This document shows, piece after piece, positions 43,801 to 55,294 of a DNA stretch of 64,000 bases; within the stretch, counting starts at the first letter, position 1; every line of letters begins with the position of its first letter. The DNA comes from Macrostomum lignano (Eukaryota), in contig NIVC01001136.1 in assembly GCA_002269645.1 (NCBI GenBank), positions 30,721 through 94,720 on the forward strand. The letters run 5' to 3'. The notes beneath the pieces are model-generated. The model saw only the letters and a program-made list of their open reading frames with translations. It was not told the origin of the DNA and made no database searches. Both the position numbers and the translations under genes were made by a program.

Positions 43801-46800
43801 ACTACTGCCGCTAAAAGGGGTGTCGTTTTTGGCACGGCAGCAGGCACTCATTTTGGTGCCGCTGGCAGGGTAACAAGGTGGGTACGAGTAGGTGGGCAAA
43901 GCATAGGTATGTCCACCCCACAGCTTTTACTGAAGGGGGGACATGTCCCCCTGTCCCCTCAGTGCCGACCCCCCCTGGTTACTAAGGCAATACAGGCAAT
44001 TGCATGGAATGTGCTACACGTCGTTTTTGTAAGTATGTCGATGTCAAATCTTAAAAAGTTACTTTTTACTGCGTATTGCATATTAGGGGAGAGGAGAGGG
44101 GAGAGGAGAGGGGAGATGAGGGGAGAGGAGAGGGAATATGAGGGGAGAAGAGAGGGGAGATGAGGGGAGAGGAGAGTGGAGAGTAGAGGAGAGAGGAGAG
44201 GAGAGATAAGAGGAGAGGGGATAGGAGAGAGGAGATGATTGGAGAGGAGAGGAGAGAGGGGAGATTAGGGCAGACGAGAGGAGAGGGGAGATGATTGGAG
44301 AGGAGAGGAGAGGAGAGGAGAGGAGAGGAGAGGAGAGGAGAGGAGAGGAGACGAGAGGAGAGGAGAGGAGACGAGAGGAGAGGAGAGGAGAGGAGAGGAG
44401 AGGAGAGGAGAGGAGAGGAGAGGAGAGGAGAGGAGAGGAGAGGAGAGGAGACGAGAGGAGAGGAGAGGAGAGGAGAGGAGAGGAGAGGAGACGAGAGGAG
44501 AGGAGAGGAGACGAGAGGAGAGGAGGAGAGAGGAGAGGAGAGGAGAGGAGAGGAGAGGAGAGGAGAGGAGAGGAGACGAGAGGAGAGGAGAGGAGAGGAG
44601 AGGAGAGGAGAGGAGAGGAGAGGAGAGAGAGAGGAGAGGAGAGGAGAGGAGAGGAGAGGAGAGGAGAGGAGACGAGAGGAGAGGAGAGGAGAGGAGAGGA
44701 GAGGAGAGGAGACGAGAGGAGAGGAGAGGAGACGAGAGGAGAGGAGACGAGAGGAGAGGAGAGGAGAGAGAGGAGAGGAGAGGGAAGGGGAGAGGAGAGG
44801 AGAGGAGAGGGAAGGGGAGGAGAGGAGAGAGGAGAGGAGAGGGAAGGGGAGAGGAGAGGAGAGGAGAGGAGAGGAGACGAGAGGAGAGGAGACGAGAGGA
44901 GAGGAGAGGAGAGGAGAGGAGAGGAGAGAGGAGGGAGAGGAGAGGAGAGGGAGAGGAGAGGAGAGGAGAGGAGAGGGAAGGGGAGAGGAGAGGAGAGGAG
45001 AGAGAGAGCTGAGAAGAGACTCAAACCCTGAGCAGGCCGGATTGCTATTATGAAGTTTCAAAGGACTCGAGGGCCGGATAGAGAGGCTTTGCGGGCCGCT
45101 TGTTCTATAGCGTATGCGCATTCTGTTCATTCTTTTTTAGCTTCAGCCTAGATCCCCGAGTTCGTCACACAGTCTGGGGTCTGGTGGTTGGCAACGGCAT
45201 CGCCTACTCCAGCACATTCGGCGTGTTTCAAGCCTCCGTGCAGCGGTACTGCTCAGTGAAAACTATGCGACAGGCTCAATTGTAAATGTGGCCATTTTTA
45301 TGACTTCTTCATTGTGTTGTGATTTGGGCCATAGACATGGGCTAGGCGTAGCGGGAAGGGCACAGCAGCCCAGCAGTAAACGCGTCTCTGACTGTCGCGC
45401 TATGACACCTAGCCCTAGCCCTGGTTGTGGTGCGATGCACAGCTCTGAGAGCCACCCCCAGGTCACAGTGAAGTGTACAACCTGACGATTAGAAAGACTG
45501 GGCCGCTGTACATCAATTTCAGCTAATCATAGACCACTAGCAGTATACCAGGACGCTACACTCACAGATCGTGTACTTTTTAAAGGCCAATTTACGTCAA
45601 GAATACACTGCAGAAATAGGAAAAAAATAATCTGTGCTCTCGTATCATCTTCATCTTTTTGGCCCCAAAAAAGTTATACCATCTTTGATTATACTGCTAG
45701 TAGTGGTCCTTGAGCTAAATTTGTAAACTTTACGTAAAGCTTATGCATAGGAGAAAAAAAGACTAGATTTAAGTACAAAATATAACAAAACTTACTTAAA
45801 ACCCTGTGCACAGGTCAGTCGTTCTGGTCTCTCTCGGCGCCATATTCTTCGTGGTGTCCTCGTGCCTGGCGGGTCTGATCATTTTCGCATATTACGCTAA
45901 CGTCGCCTGCGACCCCAGCGCGGCTGGCTGGATCGAGGATTCGAACCAGGTCCAACAATGCTAGCTTTTTTACTATGAAAATAACTGCATGGCTTTAGTG
46001 TTCACAGGGGGCAAGTCGAGCAATTTACAGACACAGATCAGCTATAGTGAACCAACAACAGCATCGAACAGAACACACGTACTGTACAGGATTACTTGCT
46101 CCATTTGTCGTTGGGAAGAATTTGGTGCTGTAAAGACTGAAAACGAAAAATCAGCACCTGAAGTGCATGCTGCAAAGTTCAGCAAAGTTTACAGTTGTTT
46201 GAAACCTTCAACTGCTTTGGGTGGCAACAGAAATATGGGATGAAAAAGTATACAACATAGAAATAGAAATGAAGATGTAGCAGTATGAAACTAGAGAAAT
46301 TGTTGATTTTTGGACCAACCCTAGTGGCCACTTTCTTACTTTTATTACCACTAGACGGACCATTGTCACAAGATCGACTCAGGGCTCTAAGTTTATACAT
46401 CTACTGGTTGAATCTAAACAGCAGTTCACATGTGAGCTTTGGCCCCGAATCTTGAAATCAGTCGAGTTGTCTTATTTCTTATGATTTTTAGGCATGGTAC
46501 ATGTGCGGGGGGCCGTAGCCTTTTTTATGATTTTTAGGCATGGTACATGTGCGGGGGGCCGTAGCCTTTTTTATGATTTTTAGGCATGGTACATGTGCGG
46601 GGGGGCTGTAGCCTTTTTATGATTTTTAGGCATGGTACATGTGCGGGGGGGCCGTAGCCTTTTTTATGATTTTTAGGCATGGTACATGTGCGGGGGGCCG
46701 TAGCCTTTTTTATGATTTTTAGGCATGGTACATGTGCGGGGGGGCGTAGCCTTTTTTATGTGAGTGTGTGAGTGTGTGCCTGTGCGTATGACTGCGTACG

Positions 46801-49800
46801 TATCCGCACGCTTGTGTGCCTGCTCAGGGGAGTCGGCGGAATGGGCAGTGATGCCTCTCGCCGGTTGTGTGACAATGTCGCTTAAAGTGCGCCAGAGTGC
46901 ACGCAGCACTGTCTTTAATACAAAAGCAACAATAAAGTTAATAATATATATATATATACGAGCATATATGTATTTAGCATATTAACATGATCGCGTGTGT
47001 TTTTTCAGTACAGATCGTTCCATTCTATGTGATGGAAAACCTCAGCATACCAGTGGTTCCTGGCCTATTCATCGCTTCGCTATTCGCCGGAGCCCTGAGG
47101 TAAGGAAGGGTTCTTGTGTGAGCAGCTCTTGAAACTAAATGCTTTTTCTCCCTTTCAGTTTCACCCATTAAACATTAGGCATTGAATGCTGCTGATGCCA
47201 TTGTGTTGCAGTTCGGTATCGTCATCCTTGAGCGCGCTGGCTGCCACAACATGGGAAGATTTTTTCAAGCCCTACTGGTGCCTGAACGCTACCGAGGCTA
47301 AAGCTACGTGGATCAACCGCCTGTTTAGTAAGAGACTGCTGTGCTTACTGCTAGAGTTATGGGCTGTAATCCCTTTCCCTGACTGAATAGCGATTTGTCC
47401 TCCAATTCATTCAGCTAGTCGTAGCAAAAAAGCCAAAAACGGCTGTCTAATTTTTTAAAACAATTTTTAATTTTCAACTTAGGTTTCAATCAGGAACCAA
47501 AACGAGGGATGCAGAAAATAAAAACTTTGAATATTTCCCAATTGAATTGAATATTGAATATGAACATCAATTAGGCAGGCAAAACAAAAAATGCACGCGA
47601 AATACTTTAAAATTTCGGCTCTTTCCCCGGTTGGAAAAAATTAAATAGCTTCAGTTTCTTTGCTGAAACTACATCTGCAGAGGGGGCGCCAGCTGCAGAG
47701 GGGGCGCCAGCTAAAGAGGGGAGGCGCTAGCTGCAGAGGGGGGGCTCTAGCTGCAGAGGGGGGCTCTAGCTGCAGAGGGGGGGCTCTAGCTGCAGAGGGG
47801 AGGCGCCAGCTACAGAGGGGAGGCGCTAGCTACAGAGGGGGGGGGGGCTCTAGCTGCAGAGGGGGCGCCAGCTACAGAGGGGGCGCCAGCTACAGAGGGG
47901 AGGCGCTAGCTGCAGAAGGGAGGCGCTAGCTGCAGAGGGGGCGCCAGCTACAGAGGGGAGGCGCCAGCTACAGAGGGGAGGCGCTAGCTGCAGAGGGGAG
48001 GTGCTAGCTGCAGAGGGGGCGCCAGCTACAGAGGGGGCGCCAGCTACAGAGGGAAGGCGCTAGCTACAGAGGGGAGGCGCTAGCTGCAGAGGGGGCGCCA
48101 GCTACAGAGGGAAGGCGCTAGCTACAGAGGGGAGGCGCTAGCTGCAGAGGGGGCGCCAGCTACAGAGGGGGCGCCAGCTACAGAGGGAAGGCGCTAGCTA
48201 CAGAGGGGAGGCGCTAGCTGCAGAGGGGGCGCCAGCTACAGAGGGAAGGCGCTAGCTACAGAGGGGAGGCGCTAGCTGCAGAGGGGGCGCCAGCTACAGA
48301 GGGGGCGCCAGCTACAGAGGGAAGGCGCTAGCTACAGAGGGGAGGCGCTAGCTACAGAGGGGAGGCGCTAGCTACAGAGGGGAGGCGCCAGCTACAGAGG
48401 GGAGGCGCTAGCTGCAGAGGGGAGGCGCTAGCTACAGAGGGAGGCGCTAGCTACAGAAAGGCGCCAGCTGCAGAGGGGGTGCCAGCTACAGAGGGGAGGC
48501 GCTAGCTACAGAGGGGAGGTGCTAGCTGCAGAGGGGAGGCGCTAGCTGCAGAGGGAAGGTGCTAGCTACAGAAAGGCGCCAGCTGCAGAGGGGGCGCCAG
48601 CTACAGAGGGGAGGCGCTAGCTACAGAGGGGAGGCGCTAGCTACAGAAAGGCGCCAGCTGACACAGCCGAAAACTACAGATGTCTCTGTGACTGCTGTTG
48701 GAAGCTGGCTGCAACGTACTGCTTTCCGACCAATATTTCCGCTATTATATCTGTTTCAGTCGTGTGCTATGGAGTCTCAGCGGTATTAATGGGCCTAATT
48801 TCGACTCGATTCGGTGGAACGGTGCTTCAGGCATCGCTTGCTTTCACTGGTTCGTTTGGTGCCCCATTGCTTGGACTGTTTTCAATGGGAGTTCTGTTCC
48901 CGTTCGTTAATAAATATGTAAGTGCACTGGTTAAAATACCAGACTAAAGTACAATGGTTAAGATGCCAGACTAAAGTACAATGGTTAAGATGCCAGACTA
49001 AAGTACAATAGTTTTAGATACCAGACTAAAGTACAATGGTTAAGATGCCAGACTAAAGTACAATAGTTTTAGATACCAGACTAAAGTACAATGGTTAAGA
49101 TGCCAGACTAAAGTACAATAGTTTTAGATGCCAGACTAAATTACAATGGTTAAGATACCAGACTAAAGTACAATAGTTTTAGATGCCAGACTAAAGTACA
49201 ATAGTTTTAGATGCCAGACTAAAGTACAATGGTTAAGATACCAGTCTAAAGTACAATGGTTAAGATGCCAGACTAAAGTACAATAGTTTTAGATGCCAGA
49301 CTAAAGTACAATGGTTAAGATACCAGACGCAATTAATATGGTCAGATGACAAACGAAATGCAATGTTGAGTTGATAAATTTCAGTATTCAATAGCAAAGT
49401 TTAAACAGCGCAATTTTTCACAACAAATTCATAGGGTGCTCTCGTTGGCTCCGTTTGCGGCCTGATTATATCCGGCTGGCTCAGCATTGGTTCCTATCTG
49501 AATGGAAAACAACTTGTTGGATTGCCAACGAATATTAGCAATTGCGACGTTGGCACTCCCGGCACCACCCTGCTGCCGACCACAGTTGGGACTACGCAAG
49601 CTCCTGTTGTGTAAGCATCGCAGTGACTTATCTAATGACGCACGATCACTTCAAAAGTAAGGAATAGGGGGAAGTGCAAAGTACTTAATTTTAGTACATG
49701 AAATTCCATTCCATTCCATTGTGGAACGCAATGTCCACTTTTGATGGGACGCAATTTCCATTATCTTGTTGGATGTAATGCTCACCGATCTCTTATGCGA

Positions 49801-50952
49801 CACAATGTCCACTCTTGATGGGACGCAATGTCCATTATCTTGTTGGATGTAATGCTCACCGATCTCTTATGCGACACAATGTCCACTCTCTTGTATCCGT
49901 GGGACGCAATGTCCACTCTCTTGTGGGATGTGATGCCAACCACTCTCTTGTGGGATGTGATGCCAACCACTCTCTTGTGGGATGTGATGCCCACCACTCT
50001 CTTGTGGGATGTGATGTCCACCACTCTCTTGTGGGATGTGATGCCCACCACTTTCTTGTGGGATGTGATGCCAACCACTCTCTTGTGGGATGTGATGCCC
50101 ACCACTCTCTTGTGGGATGTGATGCCCACCACTCTCTTGTGGGATGTGATGCCCACCACTCTCTTGTGGGATGTGATGCCCACCACACTCTTGTGTGACG
50201 CAATTCAATCACTCTTTGCGGGACGCTAAAGATATTATAGACCTACACTGTCACTAAGTCGTAGAACTTCGATTAAATTAGCTCTTGAACTAATTTGATC
50301 GTTTTTTTAAATTACATCTTGGACACTTCTTAGAGAACCTCTCGACGACTGGTACAGCCTCTCCTATGTGTGGTTTCCCATAATCGGATCCGCTGCAACC
50401 ACGGCTGGCGGCTTTATTGTGTCGTTATTTACGCGTAAGCAGTTTGTTCTAATGCTAGTTGTGTCTGGTTTAACGAATTCGAAATGTCATTCAAGTAATT
50501 CTATACTTGTTTAAGGCGGCTACCGCGAAGAAGTCGACGAAGCATTTATCAATCCGTACTTTGTTCGCTTCTACAAGTTCTTAAGTCGCTCCTGCAACAT
50601 AAACCTGATGCGCGCCACTCCCAGCAACGCTGTGCAGCCTGTCGATGACGCGGAAGCGATTGAGGTGTCTGAGCTTTCCAAGCAGTCCAACTCTCCGAGT
50701 CGGCAGGGTGATGACGAACCTAAGCCTGTCGACCAATCAGAAGACGAGGTGCAGCCAGGAGAAGCAACCGACGAACCTAAGCCTGTCGACCAATCAGAAG
50801 ACGAGGTGCAGCCAGGAGAAACAACCGACGAACCTAAGCCTGTCGACCAATCAGAAGACGAGGTGCAGCCAGGAGAAGTAACTGACGAACCTAAGCGTGA
50901 AGGCCAATCAGGAGAGGAGGATCGACCAGTTGCTGATAAGAAAACAGACTAG
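38892..50952 (+). CDS. SLC5 sodium:solute symporter copy 2, ~722 aa, 15 exons
   Basis: Exons 38892-39096, 40988-41250, 42358-42426, 42530-42581, 43077-43150, 43513-43593, 43686-43759, 45141-45281, 45814-45949, 47014-47099, 47212-47327, 48760-48917, 49435-49610, 50334-50434 and 50516-50952. In frame, same motifs as copy 1. Confidence 0.92.
39160..40150. repeat. 16-bp minisatellite, SLC5-2 intron 1
   Basis: Mostly the (AATCGGTAGTTTCCTC)n variant. Confidence 0.95.
41587..42318. repeat. 37-bp minisatellite, SLC5-2 intron 2
   Basis: Same family as 21500-22412 with a different variant mix. Confidence 0.95.
42845..42985. repeat. 20-bp minisatellite, SLC5-2 intron 4
   Basis: Shorter array of GGCGCCCCTGTCTCTCGGTT. 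Confidence 0.93.
44085..45010. repeat. (GAGAG)n/(GAGAC) microsatellite, SLC5-2 intron 7
   Basis: Direct reading; interspersed GAGAC units not seen in copy 1. Confidence 0.97.
46478..46930. repeat. 46-bp SINE-head minisatellite plus SINE 3' half, SLC5-2 intron 9
   Basis: About 6 units followed by the SINE body, as in copy 1. Confidence 0.92.
47674..48662. repeat. 18-20-bp GC-rich minisatellite, SLC5-2 intron 11
   Basis: Same unit as 32697-32958, nearly four times longer. Confidence 0.95.
48925..49328. repeat. 27-bp minisatellite, SLC5-2 intron 12 (uninterrupted)
   Basis: (GACTAAAGTACAATGGTTAAGATGCCA)n variants. Confidence 0.95.
49720..50205. repeat. 25-bp minisatellite, SLC5-2 intron 13
   Basis: (CCACCACTCTCTTGTGGGATGTGATG)n-type units. 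Confidence 0.93.
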
Positions 50953-51791
50953 ACCGAGGGATGTGATTCAAGAGAAACAAATGTCTAGAAAGTCTAAAAG
51001 ACAATGCCATGAAAACTTATTCAAGGTTGACTTTAACTCTAAATAACTTTTTCAAATCCAAATTTATCCTCGATTTTTGATACCTTTCCTACACTCCATA
51101 ATGGAGGCGATTAAAACTGGAGACCATTGTCACCCAGGCTTGTTAATCTAGAAAGTCAAATAAATATTCACGCAGGGTGTACACCCTCATGACTGTGAAT
51201 CGTTGGACAAACTCCAGAAATGGAACCAGCAAGGGTTCTGGCTTGAGACGCGTTGACCACACGAGCCTAGTGGCTCCTAATCTCTATAAAATGATTAGCA
51301 TTACAGAGAACTCAGTTTTCTTTCCTAGAAGTCAATTTACTTTGCATATTATACATCCTTCTCTCACAGTTATGTTAATAAACTGAAAAGTACACACGCC
51401 CCAGCGAGTTTAATAACGCACAGATTTTTTAATATCGCAGCCGGCGAAGAAGCAATAAGATTCACGCATTGGAATGGGTTTCAGGATTCCGTGGCACTCT
51501 GGTACATGCAGTTCGGCTTCCTCTTAGCGGGAAACTCATGACATTATATGCTAAAGGTTTGATTGATCTGCATATGGGCTCCGCGTAGGCCTGCTGCGGC
51601 TTGTTTGACAGAACATCGCCTTTCTCAATTTCTCGATCCGTAAATCTCTCGAGCTTTTGGACTCAAACCGTCTTTCTCTGCACTGTTATTTGCTGATGTC
51701 TGTGAGAAATCAGAAAACTGTGAAATCCTGCCGTTTATATTGAATTTTAGCTTTGCACTGCTGCATATCCATCATTTTATTAAAAATATTG

Positions 51792-52222
<431 letters not shown>

Positions 52223-53454
52223 TAGCCGCAGCCAATCAAGCTGAATGCACGCACACAAGATCACCGGAAACGATTAAGGCAGCTGGAAAGCCAATGGGCG
52301 CGGTAAGCGCTTTTATCCAGAGGAACTACCTGCTGGAACCAGCCATGCCAAACGAAAATCAGACTACTCAAGTAGTGCTAAAGAGTGCGAGCAACTACCG
52401 AGAAATCTAATTTTCGTAACCGCTCCGGTGCAGGTCCTGGCAATAGATGGTAGATAGCGAGAAAGAGCGATCTTTTTTAAAATCTTTTTTTTTATAGATT
52501 TGCGGCTCTTGCACCTTTAAAATTTTTGTTTTTGCGGGAGTTATGTAGATGAATAAACATGAATTTTGAGCTATTTATGAAAGTAGCTCCCGAAAAGGCA
52601 TGCTGAATATCAGATAAAACGTAGACATAAAGATTTACGTGATATTATTAAATGTTACTAAAGAACATCCTGGAGAACGCAAATAATGCGTGGAAAGCCA
52701 CTATATCTACAATTTAGCTTTCAGTTAAAATAGACGCAAACAAAGCTAGTATTTTTTACGGTAAAAACTCTAACAGTTCAATCTGCTTCGATTTTCTAAT
52801 TATCGAGAAAGTTTTAATCATATGCAGCATTGTTTGAATATGAGCTAGCATTTATGCTTGCACTGTCTCTAAGGCACTAACTATGAGCCGCTCTGCATCC
52901 TAATCCCGTGAGTAGCAGTCCTTAGCAGCATTAGAAGTACTCTAATTTGCGTCCCCTGCACAGTATCAGCAGTGTATCGCCTGACTCAGCCCTCAAATAC
53001 GCCACTGGCACACCTGGCAACAGGTACTTTTCACATGTAAGGCTTCTCAGGCAGTTAACTCAATACATAAAATTCTCCGCAGTTACTGGGGGATGCGAGT
53101 CTTTGTGGGAAAATTACGAGCGTAATTGGAAGTTGGGAAGAAAATTGGTCGCGTTGCTAACACAAAACTTGAGAATCATGTGACTAGCGCTAACCTCTCT
53201 ACCCCGGCAGGGAGGCAGCAGTTTACAATAACAATGGAATTTTCTCTTCCAACCCCTAGACAGGAAAATTCTAGCCGAAGTCAGATAGAAATTGCCAATA
53301 AAAAACTCTTTCTCGCTTCTCAGTCTGAAAGCGATTTGAGAAAGAAATCATCCAGTTGATTCCAGCAAACAACTGCAACTAACTGTAAATATTCAAAGCC
53401 GAGACAACTGCAGAAAGTCAGCCCCTACTACTTGAGAAGCTCTACGAAACGAAG

Positions 53455-54443
53455 ATGAACGCTGAACTTCTTGTAGTAATCACTCTGCTGTGTAGAACTG
53501 CTTCGTCGCAGCTCAACTGGGCCGTGCAGAGAGACGACCTGAGCGAGTACAAGCTTGACAGCTCGGTGGCTGGCGTGCGGAGCGGCTTGGAGTGCGCGAC
53601 TCTCGCTAGACCGCAGCACCAAGCGATTAAGTTCGATCGCGAGCGGTACACTTGTCGATTGTACAGCTGCCAGCTTGGAACGAGCGGATGCAGAAAGTGC
53701 CGCAATGCGAGAAACTCGACTCTGCCTCTGCTACTGGTAGGTGCTCACCGTGCGATCCATTATTATTCCAATGTCTGTTGCTATCGTTATGCATTATTAA
53801 TGACCCTACGATTTGGCTAACCGTGATATTACAGGTGAGACAGCTGGACGAGCTCGGACGAACCTGCTGGCGCACCTTCCAGCACCGAGTGGACGGCTCG
53901 GTAGATTTCTACCGGAACTGGACAAACTACTTGACTGAGTTCGGACAGGGCGAGGACAGAAACTACTGGATGGGTCTGGAGGCGATCCACCAGCTCACTC
54001 GAGCCGGAGACAGGCGCGTGAGGTGGGAGATGAGCGACTGGAACGGCACTCGCTACTGGTGGGAGGACGCTCACTTCGCCGTGCAGGACGCCAGTCAAGG
54101 ATACCGAGTCAGCGTCGGAGAGCCTGAAGTCGGCCGGTCGAATGTTGCAACTTGCAGTCATACCGTTGGTGCCTACATGAACAATGCGATGTTCAGCACA
54201 CCGGATAAAGATCAAGACACATGGTCCAGTAACTGCGCAGTCACCTACCAAGGAGCCTGGTGGTACGGCAGTTGTCACTGCTTCAACCCGAACGGTCGGT
54301 ACTTCACGCCTCCAGCAGCTTTTTACTTGTCTGAGCCGTTGTGGGCCGACGGACTTACATTCACTTCCCCAGGCATTGGCTATCCGCTGAGCCACTACTA
54401 CTCAATGAAGACTTTTGAATGCATGGTGGCTGCTTCTGTTTGA
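53455..54443 (+). CDS. Secreted fibrinogen-related protein E, ~296 aa
   Basis: Exons 53455-53736 and 53835-54443. Intact motifs. Confidence 0.87.
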
Positions 54444-55294
54444 ACAACCCGCGAATTCGAATTGTATGCGGAAGAATAAGAAACTATTTTTAGACATACT
54501 TTTTATTAAATCTTGGTAAACCAAAAGTAACTATTAGGGATCTAGGATGCTACACTCGGTTCCGATAAAGTTTCTATAAAAGAGACACAATTCTTTAAGG
54601 AGCAGTTTTTGCCTTTTTCAGCAATGACCGACTGCAGATTACGGGTTTGCGTTACTTTTGCGTTACTTTTGCGTCACTTTAACTCACTCTTCTTATACGG
54701 CAGAGAAACCTTAAGGATTTCAATTTTTTACAGTTTACAGTTGAAGAAAAACATTGTCTGTTCATATCCTGCTGCAGCGACTGTGTTATAAGTGCAGGTA
54801 ACAACGCAAGGTATTGCTTTTTCATTTTCTTTTTTGAGAAGAAAAGTGTGTCTTTAAAATTAAAGAAAATTTTTTAAATTAAAGTGTCTTTAAAATGTTA
54901 AAATTAAAGTTAAATGTTAAAGTTAATGTTAAATGTTAAAATGTCTTTAAAATGTCTTTAAAATTAAAATTAGAATTTTTTAAATTTTTAAACACTTATT
55001 TGCCATTTACGTTTGTTTGTTGACGAGCTATCTGTATCGTGCACTGCTAAATGTCGTGCAGTGCACGTGCTAAATCTCTAAACTAACTGCGCATATGTTG
55101 TAGACGCTTTATAGAACAGTTTGTGTTAAAAAGTGAAATAAAGAAAGGATAAAAGAAGCCTAAGTAAGTACTTAAAGCCTTTTCAATCAAGTATTTAACT
55201 TTTCTCAAAGCCAGAAATTAATAAAGAGTTCAAATTCCTTTTTTCAACTTTCGATTACCGTTTATTGGTCTGACCGAGGAAACTCTTCAACAAA

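Noticed and set aside
47674-48662. CTCF-like AGAGGGGGCGC array
   Set aside because: Only the 3' half of the CTCF consensus matches; the CCAS(C/T) half does not.
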